Below the pieces are notes generated by a model. The model made no database searches. It was not told where the DNA came from and saw only the letters and a program-made list of their open reading frames with translations. Below, piece after piece: positions 25,457 through 32,000 of a stretch of 32,000 nt of DNA. The DNA lies in the NCBI RefSeq assembly GCF_900199515.1, contig NZ_LT963434.1:114057-146056 (forward strand), written 5' to 3'. The position numbers and the translations under genes are program-made. How positions within the stretch are numbered: position 1 is the stretch's first letter; each line of letters begins with the position of its first letter. This stretch comes from Massilicoli timonensis. GTDB taxonomy: Bacteria > Bacillota_I > Bacilli_A > Erysipelotrichales > Erysipelotrichaceae.

Positions 25457-26191
25457 ATGGGTAGACATTTTGAAGTACGAGCTGCGGCTATGGCGAAAAC
25501 AGCTGCCGCAAAAGCCAAGGTATATTCGCGCTATGGAAAAGAAATTTACGTAGCGGCAAAAAACGGTGTTCCTGATCCGGATATGAACGCGGTTTTGAAG
25601 AAAACGATCGAACGTGCTAAGGCAAATCAGGTTCCTGCTGATGTAATCAAGCGGGCAATCGAAAAGGCGAAGGGCGGTTCTAACGAGAATTATACGAGCA
25701 TGACATATGAAGGGTTCGGTGCCGGCGGCAGTGCGACGATCATTGTAGAATGTCTGAGCGATAATTCAAATCGTACGATTGCGGATCTGCGCGGTGCTTT
25801 TAATAAATCACATGCAAAGATGGGCGTTGCCGGAAGTGTATCTTTCAATTATGATCATGTCGGTATGCTGGTATTTGACTTTGCGGATGAAGAAGCGATG
25901 CTGGATGCACTGATCATGGCAGATGTCGATGTGAAAGAACTGGAAGTAGAGGACGGCAAGATGACGGTAACCGTTGAACCGACCGATCTGTATAAGGCAA
26001 AAGATGCCATTGATGAATTGATCGGTGATGAGGTGAAATATGATGTATTGGAACCGACGATGCTGCCGCATGAATACGTAGAACTAGAGGGCGAGGATAA
26101 GGAATTGTTCGAACGCCTGCTGCGTCTGTTGGATGATGTTGATGATGTGCAGAATGTATATCACAATGTATCCAATGTCAGCGCTGCATAA
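25457..26191 (+). CDS. yebC: YebC/PmpR-family DNA-binding transcriptional regulator / translation factor
   Basis: MGRHFEVRAAAMAKTAAAKAKVYSRYGKEIYVAAK... and YEGFGAGG are hallmark sequences of the family. The size (244 aa) matches. Confidence 0.9.
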   Translation: MGRHFEVRAAAMAKTAAAKAKVYSRYGKEIYVAAKNGVPDPDMNAVLKKTIERAKANQVPADVIKRAIEKAKGGSNENYTSMTYEGFGAGGSATIIVECLSDNSNRTIADLRGAFNKSHAKMGVAGSVSFNYDHVGMLVFDFADEEAMLDALIMADVDVKELEVEDGKMTVTVEPTDLYKAKDAIDELIGDEVKYDVLEPTMLPHEYVELEGEDKELFERLLRLLDDVDDVQNVYHNVSNVSAA

Positions 26192-26199
26192 TAAATGAT

Positions 26200-26246
26200 A
26201 AAACCACTTCAAGCTTGAAATAAGATAAGCTGTGAAGTGGTTTTTT
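26200..26246. terminator. bidirectional terminator between convergent yebC and tmcAL
   Basis: AAAACCACTTCA ... TGAAGTGGTTTT forms a long stem with inner AGCT/AGCT pairing, flanked by A- and T-runs. Confidence 0.65.
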
Positions 26247-26261
26247 ATGATTGCGAACATA

Positions 26262-27353
26262 TCATTCATTTGTCAAAAACTGAGCCGACTGCCATTCTTT
26301 CTTGACGCTATCATTTGCCACTACTTCGGGATAGGCATATAAGTAGGCGCTTTTTTCATAAAGACGGCGGTAAGCGACAGGCAGCTGTGCGAATTTTACA
26401 GCGATCGCGGTCTTTCCTTTTAACTGCTTCAGCCATGCTTTTCCTTTGGCATTGAAAGCAAGAACGCGCAGGTGATCGATCGGATAACTGCCTCTTTGCA
26501 TTTGTAACAGCAGGTGCAGCAGGGTGCGCTTGATGCGGCTTGCCGTATAGCGTTTACAGATACAGGCAGAAAGAAATGTATCCCATTTTGCGTGTTCCTT
26601 TGCCTGTTTGCACAGCCATGCTTCGATGCCTTCATCCATTAAAGCGTATGTGTTTAATGATGATGCGGGCATGCTGAGCAAGAGATAGCGAATGAGTGGA
26701 TAATAGGCTTCTAAAGAAGGATGGGGCGTGATTTGCATCGGTGAGAAGGCACTGATATCTTCTTTGTTTGCAAGAGCGGTGCGTAATGCGGTGGCACTGA
26801 CGATCTGCTTTTGCGCCGCAGTCAGCGTATTGTCATGATAGTTACCGATGCGCTTGATCGTATGCGGTGTGATCGTACTGCCTTGCAGTGCTTTCAGGTA
26901 GTGAATCCCTAAAATATCATTGGCGTAAAATCTGCCGAAGATCATTTCATAGGCTTTGACCGGCGATAAACCTTCTTTCATCAAATCACGAAACCCATCA
27001 CTGTCTAATGCCGCAATTTTCTGTAAAACACCCAGATCATTGGTCTCGCTGCCAAATACCAGATCCTCTACCTGTGCCAGCTTCAGTGTTTCAACTGCAC
27101 CATAGGCAAACTGTTGTGCGCTTTGAATGGCATAAGGCAAGGGCAATTCGATTATCAGATCGCAGCCTTGGGCGATCGCTTCTTTGGCTCTTGTCCATTT
27201 ATCGCAGATTGCCGGTTCGCCGCGCTGTACGAAATTTCCGCTCATGACGGCGATCAAAACATCACAGTTGCTGATGCGCCGCGCTTCTTTGATATGATGG
27301 ATGTGTCCGTTGTGCAAAGGGTTGTATTCGGTAATGATGCCGCATGCCTTCAT
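26262..27353 (-). CDS. tmcAL: tRNA(Met) cytidine acetate ligase (YlbM/UPF0348 nucleotidyltransferase)
   Basis: MKACGIITEYNPLHNGHIHHIKEAR carries the HIGH-type nucleotidyltransferase motif of TmcAL/YlbM. ATG at 27353 lies 7 nt after GGAGG; two further in-frame ATGs lie upstream at 27359 and 27374. Confidence 0.8.
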   Translation of the reverse strand: MKACGIITEYNPLHNGHIHHIKEARRISNCDVLIAVMSGNFVQRGEPAICDKWTRAKEAIAQGCDLIIELPLPYAIQSAQQFAYGAVETLKLAQVEDLVFGSETNDLGVLQKIAALDSDGFRDLMKEGLSPVKAYEMIFGRFYANDILGIHYLKALQGSTITPHTIKRIGNYHDNTLTAAQKQIVSATALRTALANKEDISAFSPMQITPHPSLEAYYPLIRYLLLSMPASSLNTYALMDEGIEAWLCKQAKEHAKWDTFLSACICKRYTASRIKRTLLHLLLQMQRGSYPIDHLRVLAFNAKGKAWLKQLKGKTAIAVKFAQLPVAYRRLYEKSAYLYAYPEVVANDSVKKEWQSAQFLTNE

Positions 27354-27460
27354 CTTCATTCCTCCTGTTGTCATTTATTTTACCATGAAAGAGGCAATTG
27401 GAAAATAGGTTTATACGAAAGGGAAACATGGTATAATAAAAAAGAAATGAGGATGATCTG

Positions 27461-28390
27461 ATGAAAACAGAAGAAATACTGCTGCATAGCCGCTATGACG
27501 ATAGTTTGCTTGGGGCAAGCGTAATGATCCCGGATATACCCGCAAAGGCGGTATTCGTCTTGGTGCACGGCATGGCGGAACATCGAAAACGCTATGTAGA
27601 ATTTATGACTTATCTTTGCATGCAGGGCTATGCACTGGTGATGCACGATCATCGCGGACATGGCGACAGTGTGAAGAATGAGAAGGATCTAGGCTATTTC
27701 TATGAAAATGGGGAAGCGGCAATGATCAGCGATGTGCGGCAAATGATCGATTATGCCAAAACACGTTTTCCGGCTATACCGCTTGTTTTGTTTGGACACA
27801 GCATGGGGTCTTTGGTTGTCAGAAATGCAGTGAAGCGCTGTGATCGTGATGTGGATGCTTTGATCGTCTGCGGTTCGCCAAGTCGTAATCCGCTGGCTAA
27901 AAGCGGTTTGCTTTTGGTAAAGGCGTTCAAAAAATGCTTTGGTCCTTATCATCGCAGCTCGATTATACAAAAGCTTGCCTTTGGCAGTTTCGCCAAACGG
28001 TTTGCCTCCGATAAAAGCGAGAATGCTTGGCTGTGCAGTGATCATAAAGTGGTTGCGGCTTATGATGCAGATCCTCGCTGCGGCTTTATATTTACGTTAA
28101 ACGGCTTTGAGACACTATTTCAGCTCATGATCCATACCTATGAGAAAGACAATTGGTCGCTTTGGCATTTGACGATGCCGATTTTATTCATTGCCGGTGA
28201 AGAAGATCCCTGCATCGTTTCTAAAAAGCATTTTCAGGAAGCGGTATCCTTTATGCGGCAGCTTGGCTATCAAAGGGTAATGAGCAAATTATATCCAGGT
28301 ATGCGTCATGAGATCTTGAACGAAACAAAGCGTCACAGCGTTTACGAGGACATTGTTTCATGGGTCGAACAATCCTGCCGTGAACAGTAA
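27461..28390 (+). CDS. alpha/beta hydrolase (lysophospholipase / monoacylglycerol-lipase-like)
   Basis: The oxyanion region is VLVHGMAEH, the nucleophile elbow is GHSMGS, and the C-terminal GMRHEILNE supplies the catalytic His context. Confidence 0.8.
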   Translation: MKTEEILLHSRYDDSLLGASVMIPDIPAKAVFVLVHGMAEHRKRYVEFMTYLCMQGYALVMHDHRGHGDSVKNEKDLGYFYENGEAAMISDVRQMIDYAKTRFPAIPLVLFGHSMGSLVVRNAVKRCDRDVDALIVCGSPSRNPLAKSGLLLVKAFKKCFGPYHRSSIIQKLAFGSFAKRFASDKSENAWLCSDHKVVAAYDADPRCGFIFTLNGFETLFQLMIHTYEKDNWSLWHLTMPILFIAGEEDPCIVSKKHFQEAVSFMRQLGYQRVMSKLYPGMRHEILNETKRHSVYEDIVSWVEQSCREQ

Positions 28391-28489
28391 AAAGCGTTGA
28401 TTTCAAGCATTTATTTGTATTTTAAGTAAAAAAAGAGAAGCCAGGTGTTCAAAAAAGAGCAGTTTTGAAATAAGCAGATAAAAAAAGAT

Positions 28490-28518
28490 TGACTTTACCG
28501 GAATGTTTTTCTATAATA
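28490..28518 (+). promoter_or_regulatory. near-consensus sigma-A promoter of yceD-rpmF
   Basis: TTGACT (28490-28495), a 17-nt spacer, then TATAAT (28513-28518). Confidence 0.65.
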
Positions 28519-28545
28519 CATTAGGTAGACAACGAGGTGATGCTT

Positions 28546-29055
28546 TTGAAGTGGTCGAGAAATGAACTGTTGAAAGCAAGTCATAAAGTGATTTCTTTTG
28601 ATGAGAGCCTGTCGTTTCCGAAGGAAGCGCTGGCGAATTTCCCCCAGATCAGAAGCCTGCAAGAAGTAAACGTGTCCGGCGATTTACATTATGAACCGCG
28701 TGAGGAAAGAGTGTATGTGCACTTGGAAATCGACGGGATCATGGTTGTCCCTTGTGCGATCACGATGGAAGATGTGGAATATCCCTTTTCCTGTGAAAGT
28801 GATGAGGTCTTTTCCTTTTTGAAGGAAAAAGGGGATGATATCCATGAATGTAAAGGCGATGTCGTGGAATTGTTGCCAGTCATATTTCAGTTGATCTTAA
28901 TGGAAGTGCCGCTGAAATGCGTCAAAGAAGGATTGAAGGAATACCCGAAAGGGGATGGCTGGGAAGTTGTCAAAGAAGAAGACTATGTCAAAGAAGCGAA
29001 GGATGAGATCGATCCGCGTTTGGCAAAGTTGCGGGAATTTAAGATTGATGAATAG
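28546..29055 (+). CDS. yceD: YceD/DUF177-family protein (large-subunit rRNA accumulation protein)
   Basis: It lies directly upstream of rpmF, as in most bacteria. The N-terminus (M)KWSRNELLK resembles B. subtilis YlbN if the TTG at 28546 is the start, about 6 nt after GAGGTG. The track start at 28537 overlaps the SD. The central [10 protein letters not shown] motif is present. Confidence 0.8.
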   Translation: MKWSRNELLKASHKVISFDESLSFPKEALANFPQIRSLQEVNVSGDLHYEPREERVYVHLEIDGIMVVPCAITMEDVEYPFSCESDEVFSFLKEKGDDIHECKGDVVELLPVIFQLILMEVPLKCVKEGLKEYPKGDGWEVVKEEDYVKEAKDEIDPRLAKLREFKIDE

Positions 29056-29069
29056 CAGGAGGTGCGAGT

Positions 29070-29240
29070 ATGGCAGTACAGCAGAGACGTAATTCGAAAA
29101 CCAGAAAAGCAAAACGCAGAACGCATTATAAATTAGCTGCACCGACGCTGACGAAGTGTCCGGTATGCGGTGAGTACAAAATGGCTCACAGAATGTGCGA
29201 ATGCGGCAGCTACAAAGGTGAAAACGTAGTAGAAAAGTAA
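29070..29240 (+). CDS. rpmF: 50S ribosomal protein L32
   Basis: This gene is absent from the ORF track (56 aa). The translation is [56 protein letters not shown]. The RBS is AGGAGG. Confidence 0.92.
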   Translation: MAVQQRRNSKTRKAKRRTHYKLAAPTLTKCPVCGEYKMAHRMCECGSYKGENVVEK

Positions 29241-29249
29241 TGAGCATAA

Positions 29250-29272
29250 AAAAGAGCTGCTGCTCTTTTTTT
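29250..29272 (+). terminator. intrinsic terminator of rpmF
   Basis: AAAGAGC tgct GCTCTTT followed by a T-run; the G/C core is short. Confidence 0.55.
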
Positions 29273-29317
29273 GCATTTTATGATAAACTGATGAAACAGG
29301 CAGGTTAGGAGGCTGGC

Positions 29318-30631
29318 ATGAAAGCAAGAGCGATATTGCTGATGGTAAAACTGATCAGGCGCATGCTGCTGCTCATGAAGCGGGGCGGTTCTTTGCCGGG
29401 AACGATTGCGCTGAAACTGGATCCGGCGTTTTTAACGCGCTTCGCATATCCGGATACGGTAATCATGGTAACCGGTACGAACGGCAAAACGACGACGAGC
29501 AATCTGATTTATGAAACGATTGCCGCTGCGGGGAAAAAAGTGATCGCCAACCGCAAAGGCGATAATCTGAAAGCGGGCATTGCGACATTGATCGCAGCGC
29601 ATGCGTCATGGAAGATGCAGGTAAAAGCGGAAGTGATCGTGATGGAATGTGATGAACTGAATGTGCCGAAAGTCATGCAGGATGTGCCGGTCAATATTTT
29701 CTGCATCAACAACTTCTTTCGCGATCAGTTAGATCGCGCCGGTGAGATGGAAACGATCATTCGCCGCATGAGCGGTGCGCTTGCTCATTACAAAGGTATT
29801 TTGGTTTTGAATGGCGATGATCCCAATGTCGTTCGCTTACAGGACGATGCTCCGTATGCCGATGTGCGTTTTTTCGGAATTGCGGAAACAAGCCGCAGCA
29901 GTGAAAAAAGCGATGAGGCAAGCGAAGGGAAATTTTGCCCGCGTTGTGCAAGACCGCTTACTTATGCGTATTATCAGTATTCGCATATCGGACGGTTTCA
30001 TTGTGAACAATGCGGCTTTGGCGATGTGTCTTATCGTGTATATGGAGAAAACTGTGATTTTACGGATCGTTCGTTTATGGTTGGCGCTACGCGTTATCAT
30101 GCACCGCAGAACGCATTATATGCGATGTATAATGCCGTTGCTTTGCTAGGGGTATGTGAAGCAGCCGACATCTCTTTCGTATATGCCAAAGCGGTATTAG
30201 ATCATTTTGAATTAAAGGACGGACGCAGCGAAGCGTTTTTGATCGGCGGGAAGCGATGTATGCTGAATCTGGTGAAAAATCCGACCGGCGCCAATGAAAC
30301 GATGAAGTTTATCATGGAGGATCCAAGTAAAAAAATGATCGTGATCATCTTGAATGACAACGATCAGGACGGCTGTGATGTTTCCTGGATCTGGGATGCG
30401 CATTTTGAGCGGCTTTGCGATCACAGTGTCACGCGCATTGTTTGCAGCGGGAAGCGCGCATATGATATGGCGCTGCGGTTTCACTATGGAGATTTTGCCG
30501 GAGAACTTACGGTAATCGAGGATTTAGAAGCAGCGCTTGCAGAAGTGAGGCAAACCTCTGATCGGCCTTATGTCATCGCGACTTATACCGCATTGCAGCC
30601 GGCACGCAGCGTGCTGAGGAGGATGACATAA
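29318..30631 (+). CDS. murT: lipid II isoglutaminyl synthase, Mur-ligase-like subunit MurT
   Basis: The Mur-ligase P-loop is VTGTNGKTTT. The Cys4 ribbon is CPRC...CEQC. The C-terminal part is a MurT-specific (DUF1727-type) domain. The gene is followed by gatD with a TAATG overlap. Confidence 0.85.
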   Translation: MKARAILLMVKLIRRMLLLMKRGGSLPGTIALKLDPAFLTRFAYPDTVIMVTGTNGKTTTSNLIYETIAAAGKKVIANRKGDNLKAGIATLIAAHASWKMQVKAEVIVMECDELNVPKVMQDVPVNIFCINNFFRDQLDRAGEMETIIRRMSGALAHYKGILVLNGDDPNVVRLQDDAPYADVRFFGIAETSRSSEKSDEASEGKFCPRCARPLTYAYYQYSHIGRFHCEQCGFGDVSYRVYGENCDFTDRSFMVGATRYHAPQNALYAMYNAVALLGVCEAADISFVYAKAVLDHFELKDGRSEAFLIGGKRCMLNLVKNPTGANETMKFIMEDPSKKMIVIILNDNDQDGCDVSWIWDAHFERLCDHSVTRIVCSGKRAYDMALRFHYGDFAGELTVIEDLEAALAEVRQTSDRPYVIATYTALQPARSVLRRMT

Positions 30632-31365
30632 TGGAATTAAAGATATTGTGGATGTATCATGATGTCATGGATCTTTATGGGGATAAAGGAAATATCGCAG
30701 TGCTGAAAAAACGCTGTGAACGCAGAGGAATTGCAGTGCAGATCGATACATGCGGGATGGGGGAAAGGGCAGATATGTGCGCCTATGATCTGATTTTTAT
30801 GGGGGGAGGAGCAGATAAGGAGCAGTCTTTGCTGTACCAGGATCTGATCAAGCGAAAAGAACAGGTGCAGGCGGCTTTGGAAAGCGGCAGTTTTATATTG
30901 CTGATCTGCGGCGGATATCAGCTGTTTGGCAAGTATTATGTCGATGCGTTCGGCAATCAGATCGAAGGATTGGGGCTGTTTCCTTATTACACCAATGCGG
31001 CGGCGGACAATAAGCGCTGTATCGGCAACGTCTTGATCGAAGCAAATTTAGATGGAGAAAGGGTTGAAGTCATCGGCTTTGAAAATCACGGCGGCCAAAG
31101 TGAAGGCGTTACGCAGCCATTTGGCAAAGTGATCATCGGACATGGGAATGTGTTTCATGGCACATATGAGGGATTTTATAACGGACAGGTACTGGGTACT
31201 TATTTACATGGACCGTTGTTGCCGAAAAATGCGAAGCTGGCCGATCACATTCTGAAAAAAGCGTTGAAAAAGCGCTATGGTGAAGTAACGCTGGCACCAT
31301 TAGATGATACATGGGAAAACAAGGCGTTTGCGGCGATGAAAAAACGGCTGATTCATGCAAAATAA
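30631..31365 (+). CDS. gatD: lipid II isoglutaminyl synthase, glutaminase subunit GatD (CobQ/CobB-type amidotransferase)
   Basis: The nucleophile context is LLICGGYQLFG and the C-terminal context is YLHGPLLPKN. Its size and coupling to murT match. Confidence 0.85.
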   Translation: MELKILWMYHDVMDLYGDKGNIAVLKKRCERRGIAVQIDTCGMGERADMCAYDLIFMGGGADKEQSLLYQDLIKRKEQVQAALESGSFILLICGGYQLFGKYYVDAFGNQIEGLGLFPYYTNAAADNKRCIGNVLIEANLDGERVEVIGFENHGGQSEGVTQPFGKVIIGHGNVFHGTYEGFYNGQVLGTYLHGPLLPKNAKLADHILKKALKKRYGEVTLAPLDDTWENKAFAAMKKRLIHAK

Positions 31366-31425
31366 TTTGATAAAATACTTGATAACCCTTTGAAAATAGG
31401 TTATTATAATCAAGTAGAGCAAACG

Positions 31426-31455
31426 AGGAGTGGGTCTTCCCACTCCTTCATTTAT
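31426..31455 (+). promoter_or_regulatory. leader hairpin (possible attenuator or terminator) upstream of rimP-nusA
   Basis: AGGAGTGGG tctt CCCACTCCT forms a 9-bp perfect G/C-rich stem followed by TCATTTAT. It lies between a TTGATA-17-TATTAT promoter-like element (31379-31407) and the rimP RBS. Confidence 0.45.
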
Positions 31456-31472
31456 GAAAAAAAGGAGGGTAT

Positions 31473-31943
31473 ATGGATCAAATCAGCGCATTAAGGGAGT
31501 GGATCACAGCGATCGTGGAACAAAACGGCATGCTTGTTTATGATATTTCTTGGCAGCCGATGGGAAATATGAAAAGCTTGCAGGTATCGATCATGAAAGG
31601 GGACGGCACGATGGATCTGGACAGCTGCGCGATGATATCGGAACAGCTTTCCGCTATGCTTGATGAAAAAGATCTGATCAAGCATGAGTATTATTTAGAA
31701 GTCTGTTCGCCCGGTGCGGAACGAGAACTGCGAAACTTTGAAGAAGTAAAGGCGGCTGTGGGCGAATATGTGTATGTAAAATTGAAGAATGTCATGGCCA
31801 AAGGGATTTACGAAGTGCTTGGCACATTGGAAAAGTGTGAAGAAGGGATGCTTTCCATGACATATATGGATAAAGCGAGCAAGCGGAAAATCGATATTGC
31901 CTATGACAATGTCGCCTTGATTCGCTTAGCGGTAAAACTATAA
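31473..31943 (+). CDS. rimP: ribosome maturation factor RimP
   Basis: A 156-aa protein. YYLEVCSPGAERELR is the conserved RimP core (EVSSPG-type motif). It lies directly upstream of nusA. Confidence 0.9.
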   Translation: MDQISALREWITAIVEQNGMLVYDISWQPMGNMKSLQVSIMKGDGTMDLDSCAMISEQLSAMLDEKDLIKHEYYLEVCSPGAERELRNFEEVKAAVGEYVYVKLKNVMAKGIYEVLGTLEKCEEGMLSMTYMDKASKRKIDIAYDNVALIRLAVKL

Positions 31944-31958
31944 GGAGAGAGTAAGAAG

Positions 31959-32000
31959 ATGAAGTTAAAAGATTTTATGGCTGCGATGTCCGCAATCGAG
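31959..32000 (+). CDS. nusA: transcription termination/antitermination factor NusA, first 14 codons (3' end outside the window)
   Basis: ATG at 31959 follows AAGGAGAG. MKLKDFMAAMSAIE is compatible with the NusA N-terminus. The call rests mainly on rimP-nusA synteny. Confidence 0.6.
   Translation, partial: MKLKDFMAAMSAIE

Noticed and set aside
1-32000. I searched by eye for mobile elements, CRISPR repeats, tRNA or rRNA genes, toxin-antitoxin pairs and defence-system hallmarks.
   Set aside because: None was found. There are no transposase, integrase or recombinase-like ORFs, no regularly spaced repeats beyond the short regulatory direct repeats reported, no tRNA-like cloverleaf candidates in the intergenic regions, and no compositional break. 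The gene order matches conserved Bacillota housekeeping synteny.

Overview
This is a housekeeping-dominated chromosomal window from a Bacillota (Firmicutes)-type genome. The lineage is probably anaerobic and sporulation-capable. Supporting signs are a T-box leader, GGAGG-type ribosome-binding sites and Bacillus-like synteny (dacB-spmA-spmB-rluB, mtaB near rpsU, yceD-rpmF, rimP-nusA). Anaerobe-type redox genes are also present (ppdK, an nfnAB-like pair, a flavodiiron protein). I can support about 31 protein-coding genes; rpsU and rpmF are missing from the ORF track because they are under 60 aa. I also call one T-box riboswitch, several sigma-A-like promoters and several intrinsic terminators. 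I see no rRNA or tRNA genes, CRISPR array, transposase, integrase, phage genes or defence island, and I do not think the window hides a large novel system. The observations most likely to be undescribed are modest. (1) An acyl-CoA dehydrogenase + ETF-alpha + rubredoxin fusion sits directly upstream of a flavodiiron protein. (2) A phased GTTAAGAA(A) direct-repeat motif occurs in two promoter regions flanking a two-component system: upstream of the TVP38-family gene that heads the cluster, and upstream of a convergent Na/Pi-PhoU transporter gene. (3) A 24-codon hydrophobic ORF with its own Shine-Dalgarno (SD) motif lies between the TVP38 gene and the response regulator. (4) A lipoprotein gene has a TAA stop inside its signal peptide although its promoter, RBS and terminator look intact. 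(5) A roughly 235-nt structured, CU-rich non-coding region lies between an extended -10 promoter and a strong terminator downstream of nfnB. (6) A 265-270 aa orphan protein is coupled to mtaB. All product calls come from reading the translated ORFs by eye; no database search was possible.
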